DNA from: Trypanosoma brucei
Taxonomy: Eukaryota
Direction: 5' to 3'
Assembly: GCA_000002445.1 (NCBI GenBank)
Contig: CM000208.1
Location: 2,176,001 to 2,240,000 of the forward strand
DNA: 64,000 nt
Part shown: positions 1-11,392 of the stretch, in pieces
Numbering within the stretch: the stretch's first letter is position 1
Layout of the letters: each line of letters begins with the position of its first letter
Position numbers and translations under genes: made by a program
Notes under the pieces: generated by a model
Told to the model about the DNA's origin: nothing
Seen by the model: the letters and a program-made list of their open reading frames with translations, nothing else
Database searches by the model: none

Positions 1-1
1 G

Positions 2-286
2 GTAATGATGGGAATGAATCGTATTTATAGCAAGGGGAAGGAACAGGGGGAAGGTGATGAAGAAGAGGTAAGCAGTGGTGCCCGGGGGACGGAAGCTGAG
101 GTTTATGCCGGAGCAAACATTGTAATCAAACTTAGTAGCGATGACTGCATTTACGTTAAGGAGTTGCCAAACTCTCTTACACTCGTGTCAATGGTAAAAA
201 ATGAGTCCTTTCGTAACCGAATTCTCATTGATCATAACATCTCAGCATTCTATAACGCTGCTTATAGTATTTTCCGACGCAACTAG
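2..286 (+). CDS. Partial CDS: 3' end of a gene that starts upstream of the window (C-terminal ~94 codons, non-repetitive sequence)
   Basis: The frame is open from the window edge to the stop at 286. Its composition is complex, unlike the surrounding low-complexity DNA. It is followed by a T-rich tract (300-345) of the kind found in kinetoplastid 3'UTRs. Confidence 0.35.
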   Translation, partial: VMMGMNRIYSKGKEQGEGDEEEVSSGARGTEAEVYAGANIVIKLSSDDCIYVKELPNSLTLVSMVKNESFRNRILIDHNISAFYNAAYSIFRRN

Positions 287-1392
287 GGGTATTGAGTATG
301 ACCACACTCCTCCTTTTTTTTTTCTGTTCTTTTTTTTTTTCCCCGCGTGTGCGCGGTTTTGACCTGCGCATCCCCAGCGACTTGTTTGTCGTTTCTGCAA
401 CCCAGTACTCTCCCTCGTCCTTCACTTATTGGATTGTTTCGTGATATCCAAGTCACGGGAAGAGCGCTGTGTTTCGCCCTCCTGTTGATTTTTTAATTTG
501 TGTTTATGGTCACGGATGGAGTTACACAGTTATCATTTCAATTTCTTCCTCCCTCTTCCAGTTCTCCTTTCTACTGTTTTTTTTTGTTCTTGTTTTGGAC
601 AACCGCTTGTGCGCCACCAGTTGCGTCATGCAGTTTGCGTTTCAGTTGGGTGTTGGCAAGCCGGGGAAGGGAGCACACAAGTGAGGACGAAGGGTAGAAG
701 AGACGAATGTCTTTGCAGTGCCTCTTTTTCTTTTTTTTTTATTTGTTTCTTCTTCTAACTTTTTGAAACATTTTTTTTTTCGGGTGAATCCGCACGAGGC
801 CTCTGTCGGCGTATCTGTGTTCCCCTTTGTTTTTGCTTTCCCTTAACCTCCCGCATCATTCAGTGTTAACACCAACTACACTATTTTTCCCATGTTGCTT
901 TGTTTACCTTATACACATACATATATATACATATATATATTAGGAGTAGGGGAAACACGGAGGGTAAAGGACAAAGAGAGTCTGACCAAAAAAAAACAAC
1001 AACAACAAAAACAACAAAAAACAGGTGCAAAATAACCAACACCGCACTTGTGAGAGGACTATCATCGGGACTGTCGAATAAAAGTGTGTGATTTTTGAAA
1101 ACATTATTGCCGGGAAACGTAGAGACTCGATCCAAACCAAACAAACAAATAGGGGAAGAATTATCTGGATCAACAGAGCCATCTGAACCCGAAGGGAATA
1201 TATCTCGAGGTTCTGCACCACAACTTGGAAAGAAGGAAGGAACAAAAGAGAAGGAATAACGGAAGGTGGAGAGGAAAAAAAATAATAAAAGAAAAAAAGA
1301 GGGAGAGAGAGACCAGTTGGACAACTGCTATCGGAGGGAAATATAGCGCCACTAATTTGAAAAAAAAAAAGAAAAGGGTCCAGTTTAAACGA

Positions 1393-3525
1393 ATGGACTG
1401 TGTGTATAACTCAGTGGGCCCCCTGTCGCCCTTCTTATGGCCTGCGCCACATGCCAACTTGGTGCCACCTGGTTATTCACCAGGAACCGTGGCTGATACA
1501 ATGCTTCACATCAGTGACCTCACACTCAGTCTCGATGTGCTCGCAAAAGCATTGGATCACTCATATCATCCCGTTCTTTACGCGATGGAGACTCATCAGC
1601 TTCACACACGGGTACTTTACAAGCGTCAGTTTGATTTGATGCAGTATGGAATGGTGCTGGACGAGGTGGAACGGCTCGTTATTGTCAGGATGCCTGCGCT
1701 CTGTGGAGACTCCGGTAAGAAAGTTTCACAGGAATATGCCGCACTTTGTGAGGATGATCTCAACAGCGCTCCATGTGCCCGCCATCCCATTCTTCCTGAG
1801 CATTGTCTCATAGTTTATCAACTTCCTGCCAAAGGTGATGGCAACGATGCCGTGCCTACGCCGTTGTTCCGACTTGTGTTTCGAAACGAGTCCTTTAACG
1901 AGAGTATGAAAAGAGAACTTGCAGATAAGTTTCCGCTCTACCGGCTTCGTTCAGTATACGTGTCACACAAGATGTATTACCCCCTCCGTCATCAGGTACA
2001 ATTGTATAATGAAGCCTCAGCTGAGAGTGTGGATTTACCCGACTTTGATTTGGAAGAATCCTTAGGGTTGAAACCACTCCGCCAACTTCTCACAGCATGG
2101 ATGATGGTTTTGGAAGGAATTGCACCTTCGTGGTTGGTGGACAAGGGTGTTGGACCCGATGTTGTTACTCTTTTTCTTGCCCACCACAGGCCAGAGGGAA
2201 AGTATGATGTAAAAGAGGTGTTACAGGCGTACGACCAACTTCCTGTAGAAAATCGCGTTCGATGTTCCTATTACTTAACAGCAAAGCGTATGGAACAGCG
2301 CATCAAAGTGATGCCGCGTTTCCCCAACATGATAAACACGTGGAGGAAAGGTTCCTACGATGTGGAGTACTTCAGCGAAGTTGCTTCCGGGACCGAGCCA
2401 ACGAAATGTTTGGCGCCCTGTTTCCGGATGTTGCTTTGTAACAGGAAACCGGGAAGAAACTATGTTGAGGATGATGAGGTTGCCGCATTCATACCAACAG
2501 ATGCAGAATGCGAACCACTGCAGGTCTACAACACACTGGCGGCGGAACGATTACGCTTATGGGTTCTCAAAGGTCTTCTCACGGCCGAGCTGCATGGTAT
2601 ACACAACCTTATGATTGAATTTGATGTCGCCATGGTGGTTTCCGAATGTGTGGGTCTCCTTTGGGGCGGGGATGAGGAACAACGCCGGCGGGAGGTTATA
2701 TTTCATGTATGTAAAATTATTGTAGAAACCGTAGAAGATTATGTGCAGCACAGCGGTGTTATCTGGTGTGCTACCATTGTCACGTCCGATGAAGAATCCA
2801 TCCGGTCTGCAGAACTCTGCAAGGATATTTTGGAGGTCACGCAGATAGCAAAGGCCCGTGTCGAGATTGAAGAGGGACTGCGGGTCGCTTCAAGTGGGAA
2901 GGAAGATACTGAAGAGGCCCCATCCGCATCCTCAGAAACAGGTGTTAGCACGCCAGGTGACGAAAAGGAGGCCCACGAACAAGTGGATGAAGTTGCGGCG
3001 GATCCGGTTGATAACCTGTTGTACATCCCAGGAACATTTCAGACTATAACTAATTGTCAGATAGGAGTTGTTCCTTGCAGGCAACCATTCATCACTGCTT
3101 CAAAGATTTCAGAAGATGTGAGAGATCGTGCAATGCGTTGTGGTGTGCGTCTCAGTGATGCCGAACTGTATCCTATCTTCCTTGCCCTTTCTGGTGGAGA
3201 AGAGACGGTTCCCATAAGTAAAGTGGTGGGCCTCATTTTGGAAAAGCAGGAGGAGGCAACCAATACTGGTGGCAGGAGGGCGAGAGGAAGTTGCAGTATG
3301 TTGTGGCCTCATGATCATCCGATATGTGCACTTGACTTCTGTGGTGTGCCATGGGATGTGGTGAGTGTTACAAACTTCGTAAAGGGGTTCCAGAGGCGCC
3401 CATACCGTGCATGGGGGACAAAAGATTACAGAGCGTCACTCATGATGTCTGGCCGATGTGAAGAGTCGGACACACTGAATTATGTGGAATTCTCAATCAT
3501 GATGCTTGCATTAGCTCGCCAGTAA
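1393..3525 (+). CDS. Conserved hypothetical protein (~710 aa), no recognisable domain
   Basis: Long + ORF. The track start at 1225 is TTG and the first 56 codons are K/R/E low-complexity read-through of the purine-rich 5' region. The first in-frame ATG is at 1393 (MDCVYNSV...). Composition is complex for 2.1 kb. Confidence 0.65.
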   Translation: MDCVYNSVGPLSPFLWPAPHANLVPPGYSPGTVADTMLHISDLTLSLDVLAKALDHSYHPVLYAMETHQLHTRVLYKRQFDLMQYGMVLDEVERLVIVRMPALCGDSGKKVSQEYAALCEDDLNSAPCARHPILPEHCLIVYQLPAKGDGNDAVPTPLFRLVFRNESFNESMKRELADKFPLYRLRSVYVSHKMYYPLRHQVQLYNEASAESVDLPDFDLEESLGLKPLRQLLTAWMMVLEGIAPSWLVDKGVGPDVVTLFLAHHRPEGKYDVKEVLQAYDQLPVENRVRCSYYLTAKRMEQRIKVMPRFPNMINTWRKGSYDVEYFSEVASGTEPTKCLAPCFRMLLCNRKPGRNYVEDDEVAAFIPTDAECEPLQVYNTLAAERLRLWVLKGLLTAELHGIHNLMIEFDVAMVVSECVGLLWGGDEEQRRREVIFHVCKIIVETVEDYVQHSGVIWCATIVTSDEESIRSAELCKDILEVTQIAKARVEIEEGLRVASSGKEDTEEAPSASSETGVSTPGDEKEAHEQVDEVAADPVDNLLYIPGTFQTITNCQIGVVPCRQPFITASKISEDVRDRAMRCGVRLSDAELYPIFLALSGGEETVPISKVVGLILEKQEEATNTGGRRARGSCSMLWPHDHPICALDFCGVPWDVVSVTNFVKGFQRRPYRAWGTKDYRASLMMSGRCEESDTLNYVEFSIMMLALARQ

Positions 3526-4788
3526 AAGGTGGAATGTGTTGATGCCGATCATTTCTTCAGTATTTGTTTCCCTGTATTTACCACCCTCTCAATTCACTTG
3601 TTGTTTCATGTTTTCTTTATGTCACCTCAACTGTTGTGCGCGTGGCTTCGTCGCCATTTTGGTTGTCAAGTGCAGATGGTAGAGGGAGGAAAAAGGCGCA
3701 CACTTCAGTTGAGCGCTCGTTTCACTATGTATTCTATCACCTTCTTCTGTTTTGTTTTTCATTTTTCGCTACTTCAATGTGTACATGTCGTCGATGATTA
3801 ATTCTTCCCGATGTGTGCTCCTATGTATGTCTGTGAGCAGGAGGGAAAGGGCGGGTGTGATGCTTGGAGGTAACAAAAAAAAAAAAGAATCGGTAGCTTG
3901 CCTTCTTCTTTCCCTCCTTCGAAGAACAACGAGCGCCTGCTGCAAAAACAATTTTTTCTCTGTTTTGCATTTAGAAGGTTGTTTCTTCAGTTATGTCGCA
4001 GAAATGTAGGTCCGACAATCTTCTTTTCTTTTTCTTTTATCTCGTTTTGTAGATCTCTACCACATGTGCGTATGCCAAAGGTGTAATTAAAGCAGGTAGG
4101 AGGAACGAGAGGAAGGAGAAAAAAAAAAGAACATAGATTTATATTGTTCCCCTACATCGGAGCAGACTACGTCTGTAATATGCGGAACCAACCTTCTCTG
4201 CACTTTACTGTAAATGTCTGCGAGATCACGTGATGTACACAAATTGGCTGCGTTCCTCTCACCACGTTGGATGCTGGAAAGGACACACAAACGAGGACAG
4301 AGAAACAATAACAACAACAAAAAAAAGAAAAGAAGCAACAACTTATGATGACAATATTATTTCTTACTTTCTGATCCGTGATTTGATTGACACAAGCACT
4401 GTCTGTGCGAACGTATCGAGAACCTGATTATATTGTCTTTAAAAATCCCCTCCTTTACATTATTTCCCTCCTTTACCTTATTTTCCTATCTCTTATACAT
4501 GACGAGACCGAACGGTAACTCTCTGGAAACTCATCCCCTCTTTTCTGTAGATGTGTTTCCTCATCGGTTCCCGGAGAAACCCTTTACGAGTTTCCTTCAG
4601 CGCAACTCAAACTGTCTGTTGGATTGTTGTTTAGTTTTAGGACCAACCTTGTGGGTTTATGTGGAAGAATGAGATTGAGAAAAAAGGTATGACGATTGTT
4701 TTATCGATATGTTTTGTGTCTATTTCTCCCCTCTTTTACTGCACTTGCCTTCATTCGTGTTTTCTTCACGTTGGTTTTTTTCCCACCG

Positions 4789-4814
4789 GTGTGTGTGTGT
4801 GTGTGTGTGTGTGT
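4789..4814. repeat. (GT)13 microsatellite
   Basis: Uninterrupted GT dinucleotide run in intergenic DNA upstream of the 4944 gene. Confidence 0.9.
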
Positions 4815-4943
4815 CTTTGTTTCTCGTGCCGCCTCCAAGAAGTCAAAGCTATTAGAGTAAAGCCGCAAGAAAAAAATAAATAAATATATATACGTATATT
4901 ACAACGAAAGGAAAGTAAAAGGAAAAAAAAAGGATTATTATCA

Positions 4944-6179
4944 ATGTCTGCAACCGTCGCACAGCGCCCTTCTACGGCGCAGGAACGTATTCTTGCTTCC
5001 AACTGCCCTCCGCCGCCACCACCGCCCCCGGGATCCCCGTCGCACCGCCAGCGCGCCGCATACAACAACTTCGGCAGTGGCGTCTCCGCAATGTTTGGAT
5101 TTCAACCAACGGGCCTCGTCACCGCCATTGAAAATGAGACACAGGGACCAGTTGTCACTCGCAGGACAAAGTACCGTGACACCTCTGAGATCATTCTCGG
5201 ACCCAGCAAACCTTCTCAAATAAAGCACGGTGTCCGCCGCTATGATGGTCATGACGACTGCTCTGTGGGTTTGGCTCTTACCGACACTTGGATTCGCGGT
5301 TACGCCGATGATGAGGAGCCTCCCGCCCATGTCGTGAGGCAAAGGGGCCCGAAGGATAACCTTGAGGGAAATTGCTGCCGTGTCAAGACTGAGGAAACGA
5401 AACCACGCAAAATGCTTGCTCCAGGAAACCCACCTCCAAGGACGACAAGGCCTCCATACAGCGTTCCAGAGTATGATGGGAACAATGCTGAGGAAACCTG
5501 CCCCAAGCGCCTCTACAGGCACAAAGACAGCGGTAACATCATCTGCCCCGAGCCTTTGCCAAAGGGCACAGTTATCGATGACCGACCACGCGGAACGGTG
5601 CGCTCGCACCGCAACCGGTCGAACGAGTCTGTTGATGTACTCAACCTTGGCCAGTACAGCAGTGAGCAGCTCAATGAAGTGGAACGGAAACTCGTTGCAG
5701 GGCCTCGTGAATTCATTCCCCCTCCACTGCCTCCTCGCCAACGCCCAATCATCGCCCGTGTGCACACTCCTGCAAACGCAACCCACGACATTTTCGGTAC
5801 TGGCCAAGGTGTTGAAGATATTGAGCCAGTCCACTGCAAGAAACGCGGTGAGAGCGCCCCGAAACGCTCTGGTGAGTTTGACATCTTCGATCCCACTCCA
5901 CTACCGCAGCAACCCACGAAGGGGTACAACCCAAGCGATTTGTTGGTGTACGATGAGCCGTATGTTTCTGTGCAGGAGAAGCGTGAGAAGGCGGCTCGTG
6001 AGGCCCGTCGCAACCCTGAAAAGTATTGCCCAGGAAATGTTGTTACGTCTTCGCACAAGATAGAAAAGAAGACGGAAAGTGGCGTGGTCTTTCACTCCAA
6101 ATCTCAGGAAATCACTGCCCATGGTGGCCGTGCGCGTGGCTTGTACGCCCCAAGGGGAAGTTCAATCTCACTGTGTTAA
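4944..6179 (+). CDS. Proline-rich hypothetical protein (411 aa); possibly KHARON-like cytoskeletal/flagellar trafficking protein (tentative recollection only)
   Basis: ATG-initiated 1236-nt ORF with a poly-Pro run near the N-terminus and several PPxxP motifs. The minus-strand ORFs overlapping it are mirror read-throughs. The name is suggested only because T. brucei chromosome 10 synteny seems to fit; it cannot be verified here. Confidence 0.6.
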   Translation: MSATVAQRPSTAQERILASNCPPPPPPPPGSPSHRQRAAYNNFGSGVSAMFGFQPTGLVTAIENETQGPVVTRRTKYRDTSEIILGPSKPSQIKHGVRRYDGHDDCSVGLALTDTWIRGYADDEEPPAHVVRQRGPKDNLEGNCCRVKTEETKPRKMLAPGNPPPRTTRPPYSVPEYDGNNAEETCPKRLYRHKDSGNIICPEPLPKGTVIDDRPRGTVRSHRNRSNESVDVLNLGQYSSEQLNEVERKLVAGPREFIPPPLPPRQRPIIARVHTPANATHDIFGTGQGVEDIEPVHCKKRGESAPKRSGEFDIFDPTPLPQQPTKGYNPSDLLVYDEPYVSVQEKREKAAREARRNPEKYCPGNVVTSSHKIEKKTESGVVFHSKSQEITAHGGRARGLYAPRGSSISLC

Positions 6180-6439
6180 TTGTTGCAAAAGCAACGAAGC
6201 GTGGACGAAGTAACGGCAAACAGAACTAAGAGAGGATTTGTTTCGTTTTTTCGTTGTTTTTTTTTCGCTCTTTTTTTTTCTGTTTTGTCCGGCCCTACTC
6301 TTGGACACATGCATATGTATTTATAAATATGCGCGTGTGTCCAAAGTATCTTTGGTTGTATCTATTTTATGTAACAAGAAGTGTTCGTCTGACTGTGGGT
6401 ATATTCGGAAAGTGTGGATGCCAAGTGAAGGTGATACGC

Positions 6440-7930
6440 CTCCAATTTGAAAAGACAGAGATGTGAAGGGGGAAAAATAAGGAGTGAAGGGAAAAAGTGA
6501 ATAAACAAATGTCAAAAATCACGAAGAACGATGAGAAGTGAAGATGGGAGGTAAGGCTGGGGAAATAAAATAATGTTGAAGGTACGGAAGCTTTTCCCTT
6601 TTATCTATTTATATAAATAAATAAAAGGGGGGAAAAATGGCAAGTTTGGAATATTTCCCCGCGCTCCCACCGTTATCTTTTCTCCGTTTCTCCTTCCCCT
6701 TTGTTTCTCCACCTTTTCCTTTTTTTTTTCTTTTTTTGGTGTTTGAATCCGCCATGTTCCCCCTTCGGTACCGATCTCTGCATTTATGTGCAGAAAATAA
6801 AGGAGAGCTCAGGGAAGAATAGGCGATTTTGATGAATAAGCTTACCAACACAAGCTGAGACAAAACAACAACAACAACAAAAAGGAAAAGGAAAAGGAAA
6901 AGAAATATTGCAGGTAAAATAAATTCAAAGCAAAAAATAAAAAAAAAACAATGCAAATATGCGAAACCAACCCAGAATGAAAGAGAATATGAAGAAGGTT
7001 ATATGCTCATATTAATGAAGGTTGGGGGGATGGGGGGGAAAAAAAAGGAAGGGAACATGATGAACTGATGATATAAATTGTTAATGTATTTATTAGGTTC
7101 CACTCGTTTTCTTTATGTTGTTAAGTTTGAAGGTTGTGCACAAAAGAGCCACTTGAAAGGCATTCAACCATGGCTGAGCAGGACGGAATTGAAGGAAAGT
7201 GAGAGGGAACATGTTTTTGTATTTGTTTTTTCTTCTTTTTGTTTTACTAAAACTGAGGACCCCCCCCCCTCCCCTTGCCAGAAAAAAAAATGAAAAAAAA
7301 AGCAAGGAAGAGCTTGAAAGTGTTGCAAATACCCATATGCCAGAAAGTACTACCGCAGCAAAGAAAAAAAAATGAATGCAACATGACAGAATAAATTTGA
7401 AAAACAAAGGAAGAAGGATGAAATTTGTTTAAAAAGAAGCCGATAACTGTACGAATGAATGATTAAGTTAGTTTGTGCATGTAAGGAGGCAGAAAACGTT
7501 ATGACAGGGGGAAAAAAAGGAGAAGGGGACAAAAAAGGGGGCGGAAACGTGGAGGAATCACGCATTATAGTGACAACAACTCTTCTCCTGTCAAAAAAAA
7601 AAAAAACAAAGCAAAAAAAAAGGAAAAAGGGAAAGGAAAGAAGTAGTAGGGGATTAAAAAAAAAAAAGAAAGAGAAGAAAAAAAATATTGAGTTGGTTAA
7701 GGAGAAGCGTCCCGCTTTTGGGATATTGTACCAGGGACAAATAGCGACGCGGGGTTTGAACAAAATCAAACTAAAGAAGGGGGAAGGATCAGAAATGTAT
7801 GGGGGGTGGGGGACGAGGAGGATGGGAACAGGAAGGGAATATTATTTTAAAGAGGGGCCAGCAGAGAGAGAGAGAGAGAGAGGGTGAAAAAAAAAAAAGG
7901 AAAATGAAGTAAAAAAGACAGAGTAAACAA
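6440..7930 (+). repeat. ~1.5-kb strongly purine-rich (A/G) low-complexity tract on the coding strand
   Basis: Near-continuous G/A composition containing (AAC)n, (AAAAGG)n and (AG)n sub-repeats. It yields only K/E/G-rich pseudo-ORFs. Confidence 0.7.
7863..7882. repeat. (AG)10 microsatellite
   Basis: Uninterrupted AG run at the end of the purine-rich tract. Confidence 0.85.
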
Positions 7931-8312
7931 AGAAATGTTTACAAATATAATATATATATATATTTTATGTAATTAGTAAGGGACCTGCGGAGTCGGTGGG
8001 GTACCGTGTGACCGGGACTTTGCTGCCTTCTTCGTTACGCAAGCTAATACGAAAATACACATTAGGGACGAGTATGTGCGAGTGTGTATACGCACGTGCA
8101 GCTTTGTGTTTCGTCTCTGTTTCTATGAAGTCCGTTAAGCAGGGGAAGTAATTCGCTCATTACTCGCGACATATCCGAGGGGAAGGGCGAAAAGAAAAAA
8201 AAAGAAAAGCAGAAACAAACCCCCGAGAGATGTTAGGAACTTCCCTTTCGCCTTTCGCTCCACACCCCTGCCCCGTTATTTGTTATTTTCCTCTTTTCTC
8301 CATCCACTCATA

Positions 8313-8324
<12 letters not shown>

Positions 8325-8346
<22 letters not shown>

Positions 8347-8350
8347 TATA
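8325..8350. repeat. (TA)13 microsatellite
   Basis: Uninterrupted TA run ~50 bp upstream of direct-repeat unit A. Confidence 0.85.
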
Positions 8351-8397
8351 CTGTACCTCCTGCATTTGTCTTACGCGATGCTTGCAGGCCGCTACTG

Positions 8398-8933
8398 CTT
8401 GACGACCCATGATGCTCCCACAAGGCATATAGAGTGGTTGCCCTTATATTTCCATTCCCGTCACTATCTTCTCTCTTTTTTTCTTTTTTCTTTCCTTTTT
8501 TTCTTTCCCTGTGTTGTGTGTGTGTGTCAAACAGAAAAAGGAAACAAAGCTCCGGCAATGCTTCGTGTTTCTCGATTATCCCTTGCCATTGGCACGTACA
8601 GCCTGTTCATGAAGGAGCAAAAGAATAATCCCGCATTGAAGGGACTCCCCGTAGCAAAGCGGGGTCAGGCAACGGCTAAGTTATATCGAGAGCTTTCTGT
8701 CACTGAGCGTGAGGAATTGGCAAAGCGTGCCAAAGCTGCTCCGTCTGCAACGAGGAAAAAATCGGTACCGAAAACAAAAGGTAAAGAAAAGGTTACAGGA
8801 GGGGGAGGCAAACGTAAGGCATCGGAGTACACCGAATTTGTGAAGTCCAACATATCCAAATACAGTAATCTTCCACAACGGGAGCGCATGACTGCCGTAG
8901 CAAAGCTGTGGAAACAGCAGAAACAGATGCGAA
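8398..8933 (+). repeat. Direct repeat unit A (~536 bp) containing polyY/AG splice region plus the HMG-box CDS copy 1
   Basis: Appears base-for-base identical to 11393..11928 (offset 2995 bp) by visual alignment. Identity begins at CTTGACGACCCATGATGC and ends 5 nt before the stop codon. Confidence 0.85.
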
Positions 8934-8938
8934 AGTAG
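8558..8938 (+). CDS. Small basic HMG-box protein with MLRV mitochondrial-type presequence (kinetoplast-associated protein-like), copy 1 of a duplicated gene
   Basis: The first ATG lies after a polyY tract and an AG (8460-8535). The 126-aa product is Lys-rich. It contains an HMG-box-like segment (YSLFMKEQKNNPALKGLPVAKRGQATAKLYRELSVTEREELAKRAK) and a second partial box (SEYTEFVKSNISKYSNLPQRERMTAVAKLWKQQK). An identical copy starts at 11553. Confidence 0.75.
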   Translation: MLRVSRLSLAIGTYSLFMKEQKNNPALKGLPVAKRGQATAKLYRELSVTEREELAKRAKAAPSATRKKSVPKTKGKEKVTGGGGKRKASEYTEFVKSNISKYSNLPQRERMTAVAKLWKQQKQMRK

Positions 8939-10316
8939 ATCGAATCGCTTCATTATGCCGTGGAAAGCGGGAGTATTTTCATCTTTTTTTGTTTTTTTTT
9001 ACGTGTTGTTCACCTGGCCCGCTGTTGGAGCCAAGACATGAGTGTCTTTTTTGTTGTGGAAAGCGAGACAGAAATATGCTTTTCAAGGAAACTCACGTTC
9101 GCATAGTAGAGTCAATTTTTCAATGTCGAACTGAAAGAGGATACAAAAGATAGAGAAAAGTAGAGAAAGAGAGAGGTAGAGATAAAAAGAAACTCTTGTT
9201 TTGAAGTTTCGAATGGATATATAAGTTTCTATTTATATATCTGCTTATATCTGTCTGATAGAATTATTCATTTTCCCTTTTTTTTTATGTTGGTTGGAAG
9301 TGAGCGGATGAAGCAATATTCTTTTTTCTGTTTGTTTTACACTTCTTCGCTGACCCCTTCTATTTTTGATTCTGTTGCTAATTATAGAGGGTTTCTGTTG
9401 TGGATACTTGTGGGTGAGTGAGTGGGTTTGTATAAGTTTTTACCCTACACCTTTCACTCTACTTAGCGTGTCTTGTCGATTGCATTCTGTTCGGCAGAAT
9501 TCCCCCAACAAAAATATATTCACACCTTTTTTAAAAAAAAAAAATTGGTTCCACATCACACACATGCTGCGCACGGGATGTCAACTTTCCCAACCGACTA
9601 ACTAACTCCTCTCTATTTTTGAGCCTTTTTCCGTACCTTTGCCGTTGCTCTTCTTCTTCTTCATGTTTCTGTTGATTGTGTGCAAGATAGCTTTCACTGG
9701 TGGATTTAGGCAATTTTCAAAGGAATTGCGGTAACGGAAACATCTAACGAAGGCAGTGTGTACAGTCTCATTACTAGCATTGGCGTCTGTTTAAATCAAT
9801 AAATCAATATATATATATATTAAATTGCTTTAGTTTTGGCTCGTGTCTGTGCAGATCAGCCTTGTAGTAAAGGTGGTTACAGCACAGGGTAGGGGTCACT
9901 GAGAGAAGCATTGGAAAAAATTTACAACTGTAGTCATAACTACTTATCCATACAAGCATATACGAACATAGAGCTTTTTGTTTACTTTTTGCGTACCTCC
10001 ATAAGACGCAACCGCAGGGATCAAGTCCAACAAGGAGCGTTGAACGAAGCAACGGGAACTCGTCGGCACCGCCTTGTCGTCGGGTCTTTCTTGCGCTCGT
10101 CAGTGGTGGGAGAAAAAGGAAACATATCTTCACCACCACTTCCACGAGTTCCACTGACAGTTTGGTCACTTGCAACCGGTCGCACTATAGAATTTTTACT
10201 ATCACAGAAATATAGCTGTGGAGCATCGTAGTTGCATAACTGTTTATTTCTTTTTCGTCGTCGCACAAGAACAGCAATTAGGAGGGTGAAGAACACGTGC
10301 TACATTATCTTCTCGC

Positions 10317-11030
10317 ATGTTGCGTTTTACGGTTGCGCTGTGCAGCATTCGCAAAATGGCTTTAAAGCTCTTCCGCGATGAGCAATTACATAGTGCTAAC
10401 CTGCAGGGTCTCTCGATGGCTCAGAAGCGAAAAGTTATTGAAAAGAAGTTTAATCATCTTGGACGGAATGAGATGAGAGTTCTGAGACAGCGGGCTCGTG
10501 AAATGCATGACAATGTGGTGTTAGCGGCGGGTGCGGGTGCGGGTGCGGGTAAGGGTGATTTTCAACCAAGACACCCAAAGATAACCGCATATGAACTGTT
10601 CTTTAAGGAACAGTCATCAAACCCATCCATATCTTCCATTACATCCCCCAGACTGCGCGAGAAGCGAGTTTTTGCCATATTTCAAACATTACCCGAGAAG
10701 ACACGAAAACAATTGGAAGAGAGGGCTGAGCAACTCTCACAAAGCGGTGGGCAACGGAAAATTTCCCCCGCTGTAAAGGTACCAAAACCAAAGAAGGAAA
10801 TACAGACAAAGGCATCGAAGAAGGCGCCCACCAAACGAACTGCAGCTAAGAAAAAGCAGAAACCTTCTACTTACAGGGCGTTTGTAAAGGAACAAATGCC
10901 TCTCTTAAAGCACCTTCCGCCGGCTGAACGCATTAAAACCATCGCAAAGAAGTGGAAGGCACAAAAGGGTGAGAAGAAACCTACCAAACGGACTGGACCA
11001 TCTGAGAACAAGGCAGCAGGCAAAAAATAA
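10317..11030 (+). CDS. Two-HMG-box basic protein with MLRF presequence (237 aa; KAP-like, cf. two-HMG-box kinetoplast proteins such as KAP6)
   Basis: ATG start. There are two HMG-box-like segments (ITAYELFFKEQSSNPS... and STYRAFVKEQMPLLKHLPPAERIKTIAKKWKAQK) and a Lys-rich C-terminus. The gene contains a (GGTGCG)4 hexamer repeat that encodes AGAGAGAG. Confidence 0.75.
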   Translation: MLRFTVALCSIRKMALKLFRDEQLHSANLQGLSMAQKRKVIEKKFNHLGRNEMRVLRQRAREMHDNVVLAAGAGAGAGKGDFQPRHPKITAYELFFKEQSSNPSISSITSPRLREKRVFAIFQTLPEKTRKQLEERAEQLSQSGGQRKISPAVKVPKPKKEIQTKASKKAPTKRTAAKKKQKPSTYRAFVKEQMPLLKHLPPAERIKTIAKKWKAQKGEKKPTKRTGPSENKAAGKK

Positions 11031-11392
11031 CCCAAATGGGTTTTGTCCAGCCTCGGACTTTTTGTTTGTTTTGAACGGCCATTGAAGGCTCATGGGAAAG
11101 AGAGAGTGGAATATCGAAGAATAGCTGCAGCAGTTGGCACAACAAACTCCCGTGTAACTTTATGCACGCTGTTAGAGGGGTGACTCATAGGTAATGCGCA
11201 GAGCATATGCGAATATGTACGGTGGTGCTAGCATGGCTTGTCAAGAAGGAAAATAGGACCACCGCCACTGTACATTTGTCACATTCAAAATATGTTGCCA
11301 TTCTCATTAAATCGAAGTTGTTAAAACTTTTGTGCTGGTGGAAGAATTTCAGCAGTATGACTTCTTTCTGCTGCGTGGTTTAGTGTATTTTA

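Noticed and set aside
1225-1392. N-terminal extensions offered by the ORF track (e.g. 1225, 8366, 11394, 13800, 15384, 21514, 24858, 32317, 34025, 45706, 47337, 53803)
   Set aside because: These ORFs start at TTG/GTG/CTG and run through polypyrimidine tracts or purine-rich UTR-like sequence. Such codons are not expected to initiate in this eukaryote, so the starts were moved to the first in-frame ATG.
7459-7887. 142-aa + ORF (K/G/E-rich) inside the purine-rich tract, and the 139-aa poly-Phe ORF at 38631..39050
   Set aside because: Pure homopolymer-like translation of GA-rich or T-rich DNA. No complex sequence.
10527-10551. (GGTGCG)4 hexamer repeat
   Set aside because: It lies in frame inside the two-HMG-box CDS and encodes an (AG)4 linker. 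It is a coding microsatellite rather than a regulatory element, and is noted only as a possible length-polymorphic site.
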